The notes under the pieces were generated by a model. The model did not search any database. It saw only the letters and a list, made by a program, of their open reading frames with translations, and had not been told where the DNA came from. A stretch of 64,000 nt of DNA from Antedon mediterranea (lineage: Eukaryota; Animalia; Echinodermata). Positions 22,433 to 37,289 of the stretch are shown here, piece after piece. Where the stretch lies: assembly GCF_964355755.1 (NCBI RefSeq), contig NC_092674.1, positions 8,184,001-8,248,000 on the forward strand. Reading direction: 5' to 3'. Every line of letters begins with the position of its first letter. The first letter of the stretch is position 1. The position numbers and the translations under genes were made by a program.

Positions 22433-24886
22433 CAGAGGTCCCAACTTGGGAAAGTCCATTCGCAGGAGATTTTGTCGTGAACCACATTCAATTTGTCGGG
22501 GCGTCGAAAGTCAACGAGCGGGGAATCGAAAATCAACACGCGTGTCGTTTACGTCTCTTAATTAATTAACTAAATATGTTGCATAATATACAGTATATAC
22601 AATATTTACACATAAGTTGGCTTAATTTTTACATAGGTTTATCCATCAGTATTTTTACATTTTATTTTTTTTATGGACACATCCTCAGTACAAAGAATTT
22701 TAAAAATATATACTGTATTTTAACTAAAATTCAGTATATAAAATAATTTAACTTAATTACATAATGTACAATAAACACATGATAGTATTGCCCAATAGAA
22801 TTTACTCTTTTTTTTTAGGCACAGGCCTAGCCTAGGGCTTCTACTAGGCCCTAGCTAGCTACCATTTTAAAATCCAAAAAAAAAAAAATATTAATTATTA
22901 TAATAAAAAGAAATAACTATTCCGAATCCATCTTATGCTACATTACACGAGTTAACATATTATTTCAGATGAAAAACATTGAGTTTTATATTGTTTTATC
23001 CATACTAATTACACTGGCATTAAAGATATAACATTAAAATGTAGGCCGTTTTTTAGGTATTTCGCCGATTTCTTATCGCTAGGAAATTCCCCACCATCCA
23101 CATCGATCGAGGTCTGAGGAATAGGCCTAGCTAGGCTAGAATAGAGGCCTAGCGTGTATGCCGGAACGGGTGGATTATTGCTATATAAATAACAAGTTTG
23201 AACAAAAGAGCTTACGACAATCTTAGGTAAATTGTTATTAAACCTAGGCCTACTTGCTTGGCGAATCCATGCCTTTTAAATCATTTTAACATGTTCGTAT
23301 TATCGGATCGTACAGTAAAACCAAATAAAACACCGCCTCAACTCAACAACCTCGTGCGATGTGCGATCTGTTGTTCTTTTTGCAGCGGATCAACATTGGT
23401 AGAGTCCATTAATTATGAGGGTGTTTAAAAATGTAATAACTATTAAAAACGTGTCTCAACCACTGTGTAATCAAAGCGTTTATTTAGTTAAAACTTGGAT
23501 CCTCCCAAAATTGATAATCGCGTATTCCGGTGACCACGTGATTGATTCACGGTTGGTTGCACGCTTCTTTTTTTTTTCTACGTCCGGCGTGTAGTACCGT
23601 GCTACTGTGCATGTTTATAATATTATTGTTACGGTTTAACAAAGGCACTGATGCTAGTCTGGGTTCCAGACGGAGTTTTGTCTTAATATTAGTTAAAAGA
23701 TAAATATTTTGGCACATATGGCGTTTCATACGTATACTACTTGATTTTGGATACTCCGTCTGGGGAAACACGCACAAGTCACGTGGTTTGACACCAAGAA
23801 TTCTTGGTGCATACGATTATCCGGTTGACTAGTTTCAGCTGCATGCGATTGGCTACTCTCTCGTACACTGTTTAAATATTCATATTTCAGAATTTCAAAG
23901 ACTCAACAACTAAGATGATGCGCATGCGCTATGTTACGTTTAGACAATGTGTACTTGGGTACATTTATGAAAGTTCTGAAGGCTAGAAATTATTTTATAT
24001 GCCTAGTAGTCTGGTAAACATTTGATGGGATCTTTGAAACATGAAAACTCGTCTTGATATATGATAGGCTAGCTTCTCCGCAAATCAAACATTGAATGGA
24101 TCATTTATTACGCGGAGATAATTTTGATTTAATTCCCACCCAGACCCTGTCCTGTTCTGTGTGGTGGTGTAGCCCTGTTGTGTGCCGGTGGTATGTAGGC
24201 CTACTTCATTGGCGTTTTATTTGGCAGGTCATACGTGCGAGTTGAGTAGGACCTACGAAAGAGGCCAAGGACTAAACAATTAATAAGCAAAACAACTTGG
24301 CATTACTATTTTATATTTCAACAGTCTCGATTGTACATTAAGCACTGGTAGGCCTACGTACTCGATCTCTTTCATTTTGAAACAAAATGATCATTGGTTG
24401 ATTCGAAATCCATATTTACATACCGCCCGCCCCATATAGCCAAATACGGTATGATAACCTACGTCATTCTTATCGTATGTTTGCGGTCTGCAAATCGATT
24501 TCTATACGTGTTTCACAAGTCTGTATTTTCAGACAAAAATCGCGGTCGAAATAAAAACAAATAAATAAAAAAAAAAGATAATACAGACTTGGGGCAAGTC
24601 TAGCACTGTGCATACAAATAAAAATACAATAATAGACCATGGAGACTGCATGAATAGACATTGTTTCAACATCCTGCCTCACTTTTGTCTGGTTATTTAT
24701 TGACTATTGTTGACCTGGGCTGAGCCTGGGTGTAACCGTAAATCAATTTGGCCAAAAATATGGGGAAATTTGAAAATGCGGTAAAAAAATCAAAATGCGG
24801 TAGAAAACGTCGAGATAGCGGTAGCGCGGTAGATGGGTACTAAAAGCGGTAGACTACCGCGAGTAGCGGTAGACTTGGGACCCCTG
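22433..24886. mobile_element. hAT-like non-autonomous transposon (2.45 kb) with an apparent 6-bp TSD
   Basis: Termini CAGAGGTCCCAACT and (reverse complement) CAGGGGTCCCAAGT, with tataca on both flanks. Subterminal GCGGTAG repeats. CpG-retaining interior. Confidence 0.7.
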
Positions 24887-27800
24887 TATACAGACAGACA
24901 ATGGAGCAAGGCACTGGCTGCTATATGAATATTATACTAGCTATCCTGTTAATAGAACTAAGTGTACATTTTATAGGCAATAAAAATAAAATACACATCA
25001 CTTAACAATTGACAAGACTGTTTAGCAATGACAGTTTTGAGAAATGTTTTATTAGTTATACCTCCATGGTTTCTTCTACAACTAACAGTAAGCAAAGAAA
25101 CATACAGTTTTTCTATCTTTATAGAACAGTACAGTACCTTTAAACACACTAAAATATGCAACGAGCATGGATTGTAGTCACACATAGGACAATTAAGCTG
25201 TGTTACTATACCTACTTGCCCAGGGCAATTGTTAAAAATGTTATAAACATGAAAGTGACCCAAAAACTAGGGCAACAAAACTGTACATTATGATAATTAC
25301 TGTTCATCTTGTTAAGAATATAGCTTGTTTGGTATTTGTGTTAATTTTATAGTAACATAAGAAATAGGATGTCGCTTTGAATTGTACATTGAAAATTGAC
25401 TATAAACAATATAATTATGATAACCAATTTTATCATGAAATAATTTAATCTCTCAAATAGACGTTTATCATTGTTAATCTCAATATATTCCCAAATAAAT
25501 TTATTTATCAGGTGAAAAGAGACAAATTAGAAACAGAATTTTGCCAAATTGATACAAAAGGCCAATCTAAACTGGTCCAATTTTTGGATTTAAAATGGAT
25601 AACAATATTTTCTTTAAAAAATATGTTAAATCTAAACTATACATATTTTGTAATTAAATCATTTTGATAGTGTGTTGGTATTAAGTACAATCTCCAAATA
25701 CTGTAGAAAATATAACAATTAATTATTAATTTCGTGACTATTAAAAGCAATATATTGTTAATCATCTAATTTTTTTTTAAATGGAATGAAAATATTTTGA
25801 TCAGACTGAATAATAATGTTTAGCTATTAATCCAGTCGCACAACATGTATTTCCAATGCAATGGGATACAAAGAGTCTCTTTGGCTACAGAATTGTAACG
25901 CATTCATAAAAAAATGCAGTCAATTTTTCATGGACAGTTTATCGCATCAATGTTCAACGATAATCTCCGTTTATCAAATAAAATGTCATTTTAATTTGTA
26001 TAAATTCAGTAGACTTGCATTTTATAAGCTTTTTCATTAAACAGTTTCCTAATAGTACTGACGACATGACCATTTTATTTAAATTGATTACTGAATATGC
26101 CCAGAATCACACAGGTGAATACAGGTTAAATATTCAACGTTATTAGAATGTTAATATTTCTGTTTCTATCACAACAGATAATCAGTAAAATATGGGAGGT
26201 ACTTGGCCGATATAAAATTGTAAATTTTGTTTTGTTTTTATTTTAGATTTGTTTTTATTTAGATTTGTTTTTATTTTTAGTTTCCCTTTGGTTGACCAAT
26301 AATTATACTGTAGAACGCACCATGCTTGTTCTTTCATTTCCTACTATTTTATATGTCCTTGTTTCGTATTTGGCAGAAATTTGAATAATAGTAAAAATAG
26401 CTATAGTTTTACTTTTAGTCTGCACAGTACAATGTATAACAATTTTAATTAAAACTTCAATATAATTTACAAAAATGCAATGCATGGGACGACACAGCCA
26501 TTTGAATAAAAGCACACTGCTTAAATAACGCCCTCCCTCCTATTCCTCCACACTAAAATAAATAAAAAATCTAATTTAATACTCCTATAAACAATATTTC
26601 ACACCCAAATCCTATCCAAAAAATATTCTAAAAATAAAATTATAATCTAATTATCTATAGAAAAACATAAATTGAGTATTTGAAATATCATTGTATTATT
26701 GTTATAATTAATTGAAATACATGTACAGATCAAGCTAAAAATGTTGAACAAAATATTATTCAAAATCCATGAAAATAGTTTATCCACGATTGTACTAAGT
26801 AAAATGTGACGCATATAATCCTGTACCGACAAATTACTAATAACAAAAAATGACAAGAATGCTACGATAATGAGCTGAAAATGCTTAGCGGGAATCAGAA
26901 AGCGAAGCGCTATTAACTTGATGTCAAGTTAATACAAATTAATCAAGAAAGATATCTTTCTATAAAATAGATAATAGTCTATTATAATGTTAAAATACCA
27001 CTATAGTTCAATGTCAAATAATAATCGAGTAGTTCATATATTACTGTCAAAGTCTTCACTATACTGTAGATCTGCCAACATACAGTCAGAGTTATAAAAA
27101 AAAGCACATACAGATGATAGGCATATTAGCTTGTCTGTTTTGAGCAGAGTTTTCTACGCACCATTTTACTATTTAGTTACATTTATTCTAAATGTTTCTT
27201 TATCCAATCGGTGCAATAGGAGACCTACTACTGTAGATAGTGATTAAGTTTGCTTTTTAGGAATCCTGTCTCTGCCTAGTTGTGTGTGTTGTTATTTCTT
27301 GTTCTTTGTCCAAGTTTTTTAAATTGTATTTTTAAGGAGACAAACAAATAAAATGAAAAGAAAACATACAGTAAAATACCAATAGATAGCTCTAGTACTG
27401 AGTTATCTTATTATCAAATCTTTGTAAAGACATTTTCCAGGATCTGAGACAACAAAATTTATTAGACGCTAATGTTCCTGTATTTTTAAATTGAACATTT
27501 TAAATAGGATTCAATTCAATTCAATTTCAATTTATTTTTAACATACAACTAACACTACAACCTAGTACATGGAGGATGCATATTTTAAGATCTGTTTAGA
27601 GCATAGATCTTTAAGCTAATAAGCAACCTTAGACAATAATAATAATAATTACAATATAAAGGATTGCCTGCACCCATCGCTCCCCCTGGTACTACTACAG
27701 TACAATTGCGTCACAATATAGAAAATAAACCTATAATACTAATTATTTTATACCAATCATAGTGTTTGATTGCACAGTAAATCATGCATACATATTGCTT

Positions 27801-28189
27801 TAACAGAAACTGTAACAATACCAACACACCATTTAATAATAAACCTTTTATTCATATTAAATAATGCTTGAGTAGCCTCCAACAAGATAATGTTATTTCT
27901 ACTACTAGGTGTCTCTGAACAATTAAATGAAAGGTGTCTAATAATAATAGAACACCGCTTCCACAACAATAGCAAAGCAACATGTTTCACTGTTGTGTTG
28001 AATTATTTCACTACAGCGTTGAATTATTTCACTACACCGTTTCAAATTATTCATACCTGAGCAAACCCATTCCGATTGTGATAAATAAATATATGAGGCA
28101 TTCATTCAATATTGTCAATCGGTTATAGGTTAGATAAACTACAGTGAAGCTGACTATGTGACGTAAACAACATGTTGTATAAAATTTAA

Positions 28190-28347
28190 AGCTCTGTCTA
28201 CACTATCAAACTAGTTTGACAAAAAAAGTGTGATGTCCCCAAATGTGGTAGTGACATGGCCAAATATGGTAGTGATATGACATCATCTTGTCTATGGGCA
28301 CATCACATTTTTTTTGTCACATAAACTATGATAGTGCAGACAGAGCT
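28190..28347. mobile_element. MITE family A copy
   Basis: taa|agctctgtctacactatcaaac ... gatagtgcagacagagct. Confidence 0.88.
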
Positions 28348-29529
28348 TTCATACTATTAAAATTTAAACACTTCATATTGAGACTGGATAACTGGATAAA
28401 CCAAATAAATAAAGATTTAAAAGGAAACAAATGTAGACTTTATCACACTATAACAAATCATCCTACCCAAAACAGGAAAATACGGAAACAAATCGTGGAA
28501 AGAAAGCATAATGTCGGAACGACAGAAAACCTTTCACGATAGAGAGATAGTAAATCAACCTTAATAATTATCTTATATTCTCATTTCTAGAATTTCCAAT
28601 ATCATCTCAATCAAAGGATGTTTTAATAATAGTACAAATGCTTGTGAATTGGATTAAAGGAATCAAATTTATTTTGTTATAATACATTACAGTAACTTTT
28701 ATAAAAGGAAACTAGACAACCATTTAAAAATAATTGAATGTCTGTAAAATGGCATCTTCGTTCATCATCTCTTTGAATTCCTAGACGTTTACCCCAAAAC
28801 ATTTATGAATTTTTCTTCTTTCAGGAAATTGCAAATCTGCCAGCCAGACATTTTGACATGGGATGAACAGTTCATATAATCCAGCATAATTGTTGTCTGT
28901 AAAATTAACTAAGGAAAGATCACATGTATGGAACGCCAAATTACTTTGTATTTATAATCACTGGAAACGTTATCAGTTAATCAATTGATTTTCTGAGCTT
29001 TCCATAGTAAGTCTAATAGCACTAGTGCGTATAGTCAGTGATCCAAGTCGTCTCGTTTCAAATTATCATGATTCTGGCGCCATGTTTTTGTGCAATATTT
29101 TACAAGCAGGTGAACCTAGGCTAAAGGAAGCTCAGCTGTTTTACATTGAATAGTCTATGAATATGAAAACTGAAACCTTTTTAACAGACATCCTATTAAA
29201 CCACAAGTAAATAATCAAAACAATGCTAATTTTAGAACATGACATCATAATCATTATGTGCTTAAAGCAGTGACGACATACTCAACAAAAAAACTCCTCA
29301 TTTTTTCCAACATGCAATCCCTTTAACAACAAAAACAGTCTTAGCTGATTATAATAACATTAACAAGATGAGAAAAACATTCACTAAAAATACATATTCA
29401 ATTTTCATTATAACGTACAGTAAATATATCGTTGTTAACGTTCACAATATTTAAAATTTGCTCTGTATTATTATACTACTGTACATTTCTCAAAATCAAA
29501 AACTTTGTTCTAAAATAGCAAAAATGGAG

Positions 29530-29642
29530 GGGTGTCTAGAAAACTCAGATCTAGAAAACTCAGATCTCCGATATATCTGAGTTTTCTAGATCTAGAAAAC
29601 TCAGATATCTGACTTTTCTAGATCTAGAAAACTCTGACATCC
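29530..29642. mobile_element. Small Mutator-like MITE built from 15-bp TCTAGAAAACTCAGA units in both orientations
   Basis: GGGTGTC ... GACATCC termini with an imperfect 9-bp TSD (aaaatggag / tatatggag). Same GGGTGT end type as 5122-5547. Confidence 0.7.
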
Positions 29643-30525
29643 TATATGGAGCACTATTTTCTTTCTTGTTCAATTTCTATTAAAAATCAGGTAATCGTGT
29701 ATTTTTACTCCACATGCCTTCCATACTGTACTCTCTATGGAGTGCAAACACTGGCATAATTGATAAAAAAAACATATGATGTTCAGAATTGTACAGAAGG
29801 GAATGGACCTTTCTCTGTAGTTCATAAATAATAAAAGTAAATGTTATTGAAATAAAATACTATCACCTACTGTATGTAGTATGTCATTTAATAAATTCTG
29901 TGAGAAAATAAGTTCACGTAATTGACAAGTCTACATAATTGTATTCCAATGTTCAAACACAATTTTGTCACCTATGTAAAATTCGATTTGATCACATGAT
30001 CAACCTACAAGTTTCATATGAGGCTTTTCTTTCACATGAATGATTTTGTAAAACCTGAAATAAATTGTGCTTTAATTACCTCCAATTTGTATTGCTTAGT
30101 CAATTTGTTGTTCAGCAAGATTTCGTTTGAGACTGTTGACGAAAGGAGATGGTAATTTACGTGATTAATCTGCATGTGTACAACTCCAATATACGTCAGC
30201 ATCCCCGACAATTGAACATTCGGTCTGACAACAAAGCGTAAGTTTGAAATTTACATCTCCAAGACAAAAATGGCCACTTGTCAGATTTTAGTTGCTAAAA
30301 GTTCATACTGTATCCCCTTCCCCTCCCCCCATTAAATTTAATAATTTTTATAATGCAAAAGATAGGCTCATGGGTGATACAACTTTCTTCTAGTGGGGAA
30401 TTCAGGACACATTTTTACTTTTCGGGTTATGTTCTCCCCTTGAAGGGGAAAAAGCTTATGTCGGTTCATCCAGGTAAGTTAGACACGTAAGCCATACAGT
30501 ACTGTATAAAGCTACGCACACATTC

Positions 30526-30709
30526 AGGCCAACTCAGACAGTGTCGTATCACGAGGCCCTGTCTCGTCGGAAGACAATTAAACATTTTTAAAGTTCTTCC
30601 GATGACCCAACAACTACGCCCGACGCTATTTCAAGATTCAACTCAAACAGCAGCGATGAGTCAAGACGTGTTGTCGGGCCTTGTCGTACGTCGCTGTCTG
30701 AGTTGGCCT
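30526..30709. mobile_element. Harbinger-like MITE (TIR AGGCCAACTCAGACAG)
   Basis: Perfect 16-bp TIR, TTA on the right flank. Confidence 0.75.
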
Positions 30710-32649
30710 TTACAAGGATTGTTTGAGGAGGCACTAGAGTACTCACAAGGGCAATAATTATGAAGACACAATGGAAATTAGTTAATAAGGCTATAAAGAA
30801 TTATATGCAAATAACTCTCAGTATAAGAATGAAAAGCTGATTTCAATTATAAACAATACATCAGATGTTATTTTTAAAAATGTGAATCAAAAGTCTTTAA
30901 TAATTGCCATGAGATTTTGTTGATTGGTTTGAAAATCACATTCGAGAAACAATGGTCTTCATTGAACTATAACTGTTTTCTTATTTTTCATCGTCATTGG
31001 TTCCACAATTTTGTAAAAACTAAGCAATTCTGTGATTTGCAGATATTTTAATAAATAAATATTGTACGTACCGTACTATATTTTTATTTGGTTGGAGTAC
31101 AAAATAATTTTAAGATGCAATATTAACCATTATTGAACCAAAAAATAAAGAAAATTAATGGATGTACAACTCTGCAGCAAAGCGTGATAAATTCTTCGAA
31201 AAAAGTAGGTCGTGTAAATCTGCATATATCAGGTGTTCTTCTACACTAATTCGCCAATGGAATCGCACTTATAAAACGCCTGCAGAACATTAAAAATAGC
31301 AAATATTTCACGATTAGACATGAACGTAACATTCCGACATAACATAATAGACTAGTAGAAAATATTCATTAATCAAACCATTCACGTTGACATAATTGCT
31401 GTTATGGTAGCTAGAATGTTAATTGCGGATAGATACGTGGCATTTTCTTTATTAACTGGTTGCAGCAAAAACACGTACTTACCGACTGCTCAAAATGATT
31501 ACATAATCTCCCTTTTATACTGCCTTTCTTGTTTTCTTTTTCAGATTGAAAAGTGAGTAACATTTCTTAGCTTGAAATTCATCATAGATATTTTTAGGCT
31601 ATGTTTCCGCAGCCAAAAATTAACCGATAATTAACCGATAAAAGTTCCTGTGGAAACGGGCTTTAACCGATTCCGCTCGAGAAGAGAAGGAGAAGAAAAT
31701 TATCTCATTCTAATCAGATAATTATCTGATAAATGCGATAAATTGTAACCTCTGACCTGAAGAACAAATTGTTGCATTGTGATTGGGCATTTGGTTGTTT
31801 GATAAATGTCTGATCATGTGCACATTATTTTTTTAACTAATTCAATTTTAATTATAAGCTATATTCATCATCTTTCTATATACCTAAAATACACAAACCA
31901 ACAGTGATATGAATATAGTGCCGCTTACCTGGACAAACCAACAATAGCCTACAGTATGCTCTCCAGAGGGAGGGCTTAGATATGAAAAGTATTAGAAGTT
32001 CCTAGACTATAATGGACTAGTCTACAAACACTCCCTCATGTGGGACAAACCAAATGTAGAAATGAATATCATTAAAGATTATTTGTTATTTTCTAAATGG
32101 GAAGGCTGATGATTATACTACAATGTATAAATATAACAGTAGAACCTATTAAGAGGACATCTTCGGGAAGCAACAAAGGGCCTCCTGAGAGATCCTCTAA
32201 ATAGGGGCTGGCCATATAAAACATTTTCTTTTCTCATTTCACAGGAAACTTTCCCCTTAATAGAGGTGTCCCTTAAATATGGGTTGGCCGCAGTATAGAA
32301 CTCAAATGTCTCCTATGGACTATGGGATAGGAATGTCTAAAGAAGATTTGTTGCTGTAATTTAACTGTTGTGTAAAAAAAAATTGTTCACTGAAATTTGA
32401 TTTTATGAAATGACCTAAACAGGATTAGTGTGGATTAACCACACAGTACTTTAGGTATTAGAATAATGCTTCTAATAATACCACACATTTTTTATTAGCT
32501 TTATTTCATTGAACAATATACTAGTGTGGTATTTATGTGGGTTGGTACTATGCCAAGGATTGGAGTATGTGGAAAATACAGTAGCATCAACAGTTTACAG
32601 TATAAAAACATCAAAACTGATATTTAAACTAAATTAGAACCCCTATTAA

Positions 32650-32827
32650 AGCTTGGTTCCCACTAGAACGTAACGCAAGAACGTAAACGCAATGCAAGCG
32701 TTTTAACCAATTACAATGAAGTTATAGACAGTTAGCAATCACAAGCGAATAAGCTATCGCTTGTGATTGGTCAATTCACTTGCGTTGCGTTACGTCTTTG
32801 CTTTGCGTTGCTAGTGGGAACCACGCT
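32650..32827. mobile_element. Harbinger-like MITE (TIR AGCTTGGTTCCCACTAG) inserted into a CAGTAGAACCCC-family MITE
   Basis: TIR with TWA flanks and AACGC subrepeats. The host sequence resumes on both sides. Related copies at ~36315-36385 and 63769-63887. Confidence 0.8.
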
Positions 32828-33391
32828 TTAGGGATACCTTTGGGACCAAACATGGTGTCCTCCTTAACAGGGGTGTACCCTGAACAGGAGTTAGTCGTTG
32901 TGTTTGTTTAATGGGCCGACAAAGTGTCCTCTTATTTCTTTTTTTGTATTCAATATTTTATACAGAGTCGCCTCACAAGGTGAAACCAACTTAAATAGGG
33001 GTGTACCCTGAACAGGGTGTCCCAAAGGAAGGGTTCTGCAGTACTATATTAAAATTTTTGTAATTTTATTAGCTTGTAAAGAGAACTTAAATAGATTTCA
33101 AAAACTTTCAAAATAGAAGTGAAACTGTCAAAATGTTTACCTGTATCATAATATTTATTCTTAACAGCAGAAGCCAATTCTATTCTATACAGTAGGGTCA
33201 TATAGGGTTTGTATCACAGGTGGCACCATGTTAATGTACAGTAGGGTTTAGGCTCATGGCCTATGATACAGATGTCATGAAAGACATGTTATTATGTATC
33301 AGAGAATTTGCCTACAGTACAATGCATTAAAGATACAGTACTACTACTGAGAATTGGCCAAAGTGTTTTGAGGCTTCTTCATTAGGCTGTA

Positions 33392-35449
33392 CAGTACAGG
33401 ACAGAATTATTGCAAAAATCCCAACGCATTCAACACGTTGTCGTTGCGTTGTGTTTGCGTTGCGTTGAACGGCTTTCAACGTTTAGTTGTTTATTCAACG
33501 AAAGTCATTATCAGCATGTCAAGTAAACAATTAGTTATTTCAACGCTAGCTGCTGCAGCACTAGACTGGCCGATTGCACCGTTGCACGCCTGAACGATCA
33601 GTAACAACAACAGGCAAAATACCTATCGGCAGTCACTACCAGATATTTTAATATAAATAAAATATATATGAAGCTTAGATATATTTTTAAGTATTGAACG
33701 GACAGTTACCAAATAAAACACACAGTGATATTTCCCAGTGTTTAGTGAAGGAAAACATCGAATAATAAGGTCGATGCCAAGTCTAACAGTTAACACTGTA
33801 CTGTAGGCCTTCCGGGGGAAAACACGATCTCACGTCGTAAAATCAAACAACGTGGAAATTACTGACATCAACACACGAGGCCACCACCCTGGTTTCCTCA
33901 AGAAAAACACCACGTGTGTTATGACGTATTTAACGATCGTTAATGACGACGAAGTAATTAATTTTATTTAGGCCTACATTTTTTAGCTGTTCGAGATTCA
34001 AGAGTTAAGTTAAAATATTGTTTCTCTATTTTGGTTTTTATTTTATAATTGTCCCATTGTTTGTTGTAATGTAATTTGAAAGAACTAAAAAATTTGACGT
34101 GTCCGACACCCATGAACCAATTTAAATCTTTATAAATCGAACAACATTACATTTTTAAGTACAAAAAGCGTTTTGAATACGTTAACAATAGAGCGTGTTG
34201 AATGTATTGAACCCGTTGACCGTTCGTTGACGACGTTAAACAATTGAATCCCATAGCGTTGAACGCGTTGAAAACGTTGCGCGTTTTGAAAAGCATCACG
34301 CTGTAAACTGATTAAAATGTTGGCTGTTCGCTCGCATATTCTCGCAACTCCCATCCCATTCATACAGTTTCAGGAGGAGGCCAATATAATTATATTAAGA
34401 AACAAAACAATAGTATGTTAAAGAGAAAACGCCTAAACCTCGCCTGTAATAATATATTGTCTTGCATCAGAATAAAGTGGTTCTTTATTCTGAATTGTTT
34501 GGTTATTCAAATATTTGTGGGTTACACCTTGGCGTGAATAATATGGTATGGCACAGGTTTTGATTTTAAAGAAAACGCCTAACATTGCCTATTGTCATCA
34601 AATTGGTCATTCCTATTTCTTGGTTATTATATTTAACGCTTTTCTCTGCATGGGTTACGTTAGGCATCACAATAATTAATTTATAATATAATACATGATA
34701 ATGATATATTTATGGATAATAATAAAACTAAACGATTTTTTCCCTTTTAATTACGCGTTATTTCATAATGAATGAACTCTTCACCTTTCGATCAGTTCGT
34801 CCCTCACGTCACGAAAAGCATGCGTGAAAAAGACGACGACCATGCTGGATCGTTATGTTGGTGGTGTATTGTTGCCTTCCATGGCGGCGGGTGTAGGCTA
34901 CGTTGTTTTTATAAATAATCGAGAAAAATGTAGTACAGTACTGCGAAGTTTTTAGTTTGGAAATAATTAATTACGATGTGACCTAGCCTCCAAGATTCAC
35001 CGCCGCCTTAACTTTGGTATTTAATACTCCAGTTAATATAGGCACACAGTAATTGAGGACATGACCACTACTTTTAACTGCGATGGCAGACGCGGCTCAT
35101 ATACACACGGGGCCTACTCGTTAGTAGTAGGCCTAGCCTAGTGTAATATATTAAGCTAGGTTTCCGCGGAAAAATACACATTATGTTTGTTTTCTTAAAT
35201 ATTTGTAATACTGTATTTTATACTATTACTACTACTACTAATACACACTGGCAATCTGTAAATACCATACGAATCCGATTGTTCGTTATTTCAACGCAAA
35301 CTCAACGCAACACATTGTGTTGGTTGAATAAACAGTTCAACGAACTCAACACTTTCAACGCCAACGGACAACGCAGTTTCAACGCGTTGTCAACACTTTA
35401 ACAATGCGTTGAATGCGTTCAAAATCTGCAATAATTCTGTCCGGTACTG
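33392..35449. mobile_element. Tc1/mariner-type non-autonomous transposon (2.06 kb)
   Basis: TIR CAGTAC(A/C)GGACAGAATTATTGCA with TA flanks. Subterminal CAACGC/GCGTTG repeats. No transposase ORF. Confidence 0.88.
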
Positions 35450-36002
35450 TAAATACAGTACCAAGCCCTACCAAAAGTGAAAAAAAAATCTGCTGACACT
35501 ACAGGCAATCTGCTACCATGCTACCAACTACAGTATACATCTTGCAAAATGTATGATTGATTGATTGTACAATTAATAAGAATTCTAACTTTTAACTTTA
35601 ATTAATATCTATGACCATTTACTGACCTTCAACAAATAATTACAATTTCAATTGGCTCCAAGGAATGATGAATTAAAGGTTTAATTTAATTGCTTTCTTT
35701 AAATTACTATAAAGTTTTTGTATTAGACTGCTTTAATACGATCAATTGGTACAGAGGATTGCTAGAATTAAAATCTTTAATAAATCATACTACTGTACTG
35801 TATAGTACATGGGTATTTTCAAGAGTGGAAAAGGAGGTTGAAATCATCTTTGAGCATAGAATAGGGCGGCCTAACTAACAAATCAATAAATAGAATCCAT
35901 AAGAATAGCAATTTGCAGTAGACAAAATCTCTTTCTCATGCTCTAAACGGTTGCAGTTTTTACTTAAACAATGAAAGAAATATATGGTTTTATGGGGCTT
36001 AA

Positions 36003-36153
36003 AGCTCTGTCTACACTATCAAACTAGTTTGACCAAAAAAAGTCCCCAAATATGATATTGATAGTGATATGCTTAAATATGATAGTGATATGACATCATC
36101 ATGTTCATATATCACATCTTTTTTTATCTGAGTTTGATAGTGTAGACAGAGCT
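36003..36153. mobile_element. MITE family A copy
   Basis: Perfect TIRs and TAA TSD on both sides. Confidence 0.9.
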
Positions 36154-37289
36154 TAAGAAAAATATTGGCTAACTACCCTAAACAAACCAATTCCCCAGCA
36201 ACAGACAATAAGGTAAAGACCATCGTGTTTACAATAATAATAATATTTATTACACATAAAAAATGTTGTATCCATCCTGAAAAGAAAACATAATATCCAT
36301 GTTAAACTTGATTCTCATTTGGACGCAACGCAAAGAGTGACCAATCGCAAGCAGCAATGGGCGTCAAAGTGGGAACCAAGCTTTACAACGTGCCACAATG
36401 TACATTGCATTCTTTCGCATCTGTTTAGTCCAATTATTCTTGAACTCCATGGCACAATGCTCCACATTATCAGCAATTTCACAATAATTTGAATGCTAAA
36501 AAAATCAATGCCAATCAAAGCCAGCTTTGAATGGTTAAACCAGCAAAATCAATTTTGAAATGAACGATGAAGTAGAATTATGAATGGAAATGTACAGTAG
36601 AATGGATGGATTGATGAAATTACAATCCAAAATATGTTTATAAATGGATTTGCCTTTACTGTACAGTAAACTGTAGGTTCACAAATTGTGACTCACAGCA
36701 CATAAATTACTATTTATTTACTAAAAATGAAAATGTGTATGCGAAAAAAACATTGCTTAGTCCCTCCTGAGCCTCTAAGGATGGCACGATGGGTTACCTA
36801 TCAACATGTGTTACCGTAGTTTTATTACTACTTAAATAATCGGGAAGGGGGTTGGGCAAAGGACGTGGTTACTGACCTGACCACCACTCTTTATATGTTG
36901 CAGATAAAACGTATGTAGAATAGACCAATCAAAGTAACCAACTTTAATTTAAAAAAAATATATTTCAATGTTGTCATCCAAAAAAAAAATGATGGTTTTA
37001 AGGCATGGTTTGTTAACTGTACCATTTTTGGAGAGAAGTTTTTAATTTTCTACTCTTTGAGTATATCTCACTCTTCGTGGAGAAATGGCATTTGTCAGTT
37101 TATTAAGGTAAGCTAGGCACGAAATAGACAAAAGAATTTTACATTTCTCTCCAATTAAATTGGAAGCTTTAACACTACAGTATACTGTAGTTTAGTAGCT
37201 GGAGGAATTTTTGTTAAAGGAACAATGAGACCTGTATAAAAATAGGAAAGACCCCTTGGTACCCACGATTTTAAAAAAGTCTCTTACCT

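Noticed and set aside
34464-34492. Small hairpin tcagaataaag..ctttattctga resembling the 31-bp P-like element
   Set aside because: Different termini and no flanking duplication.
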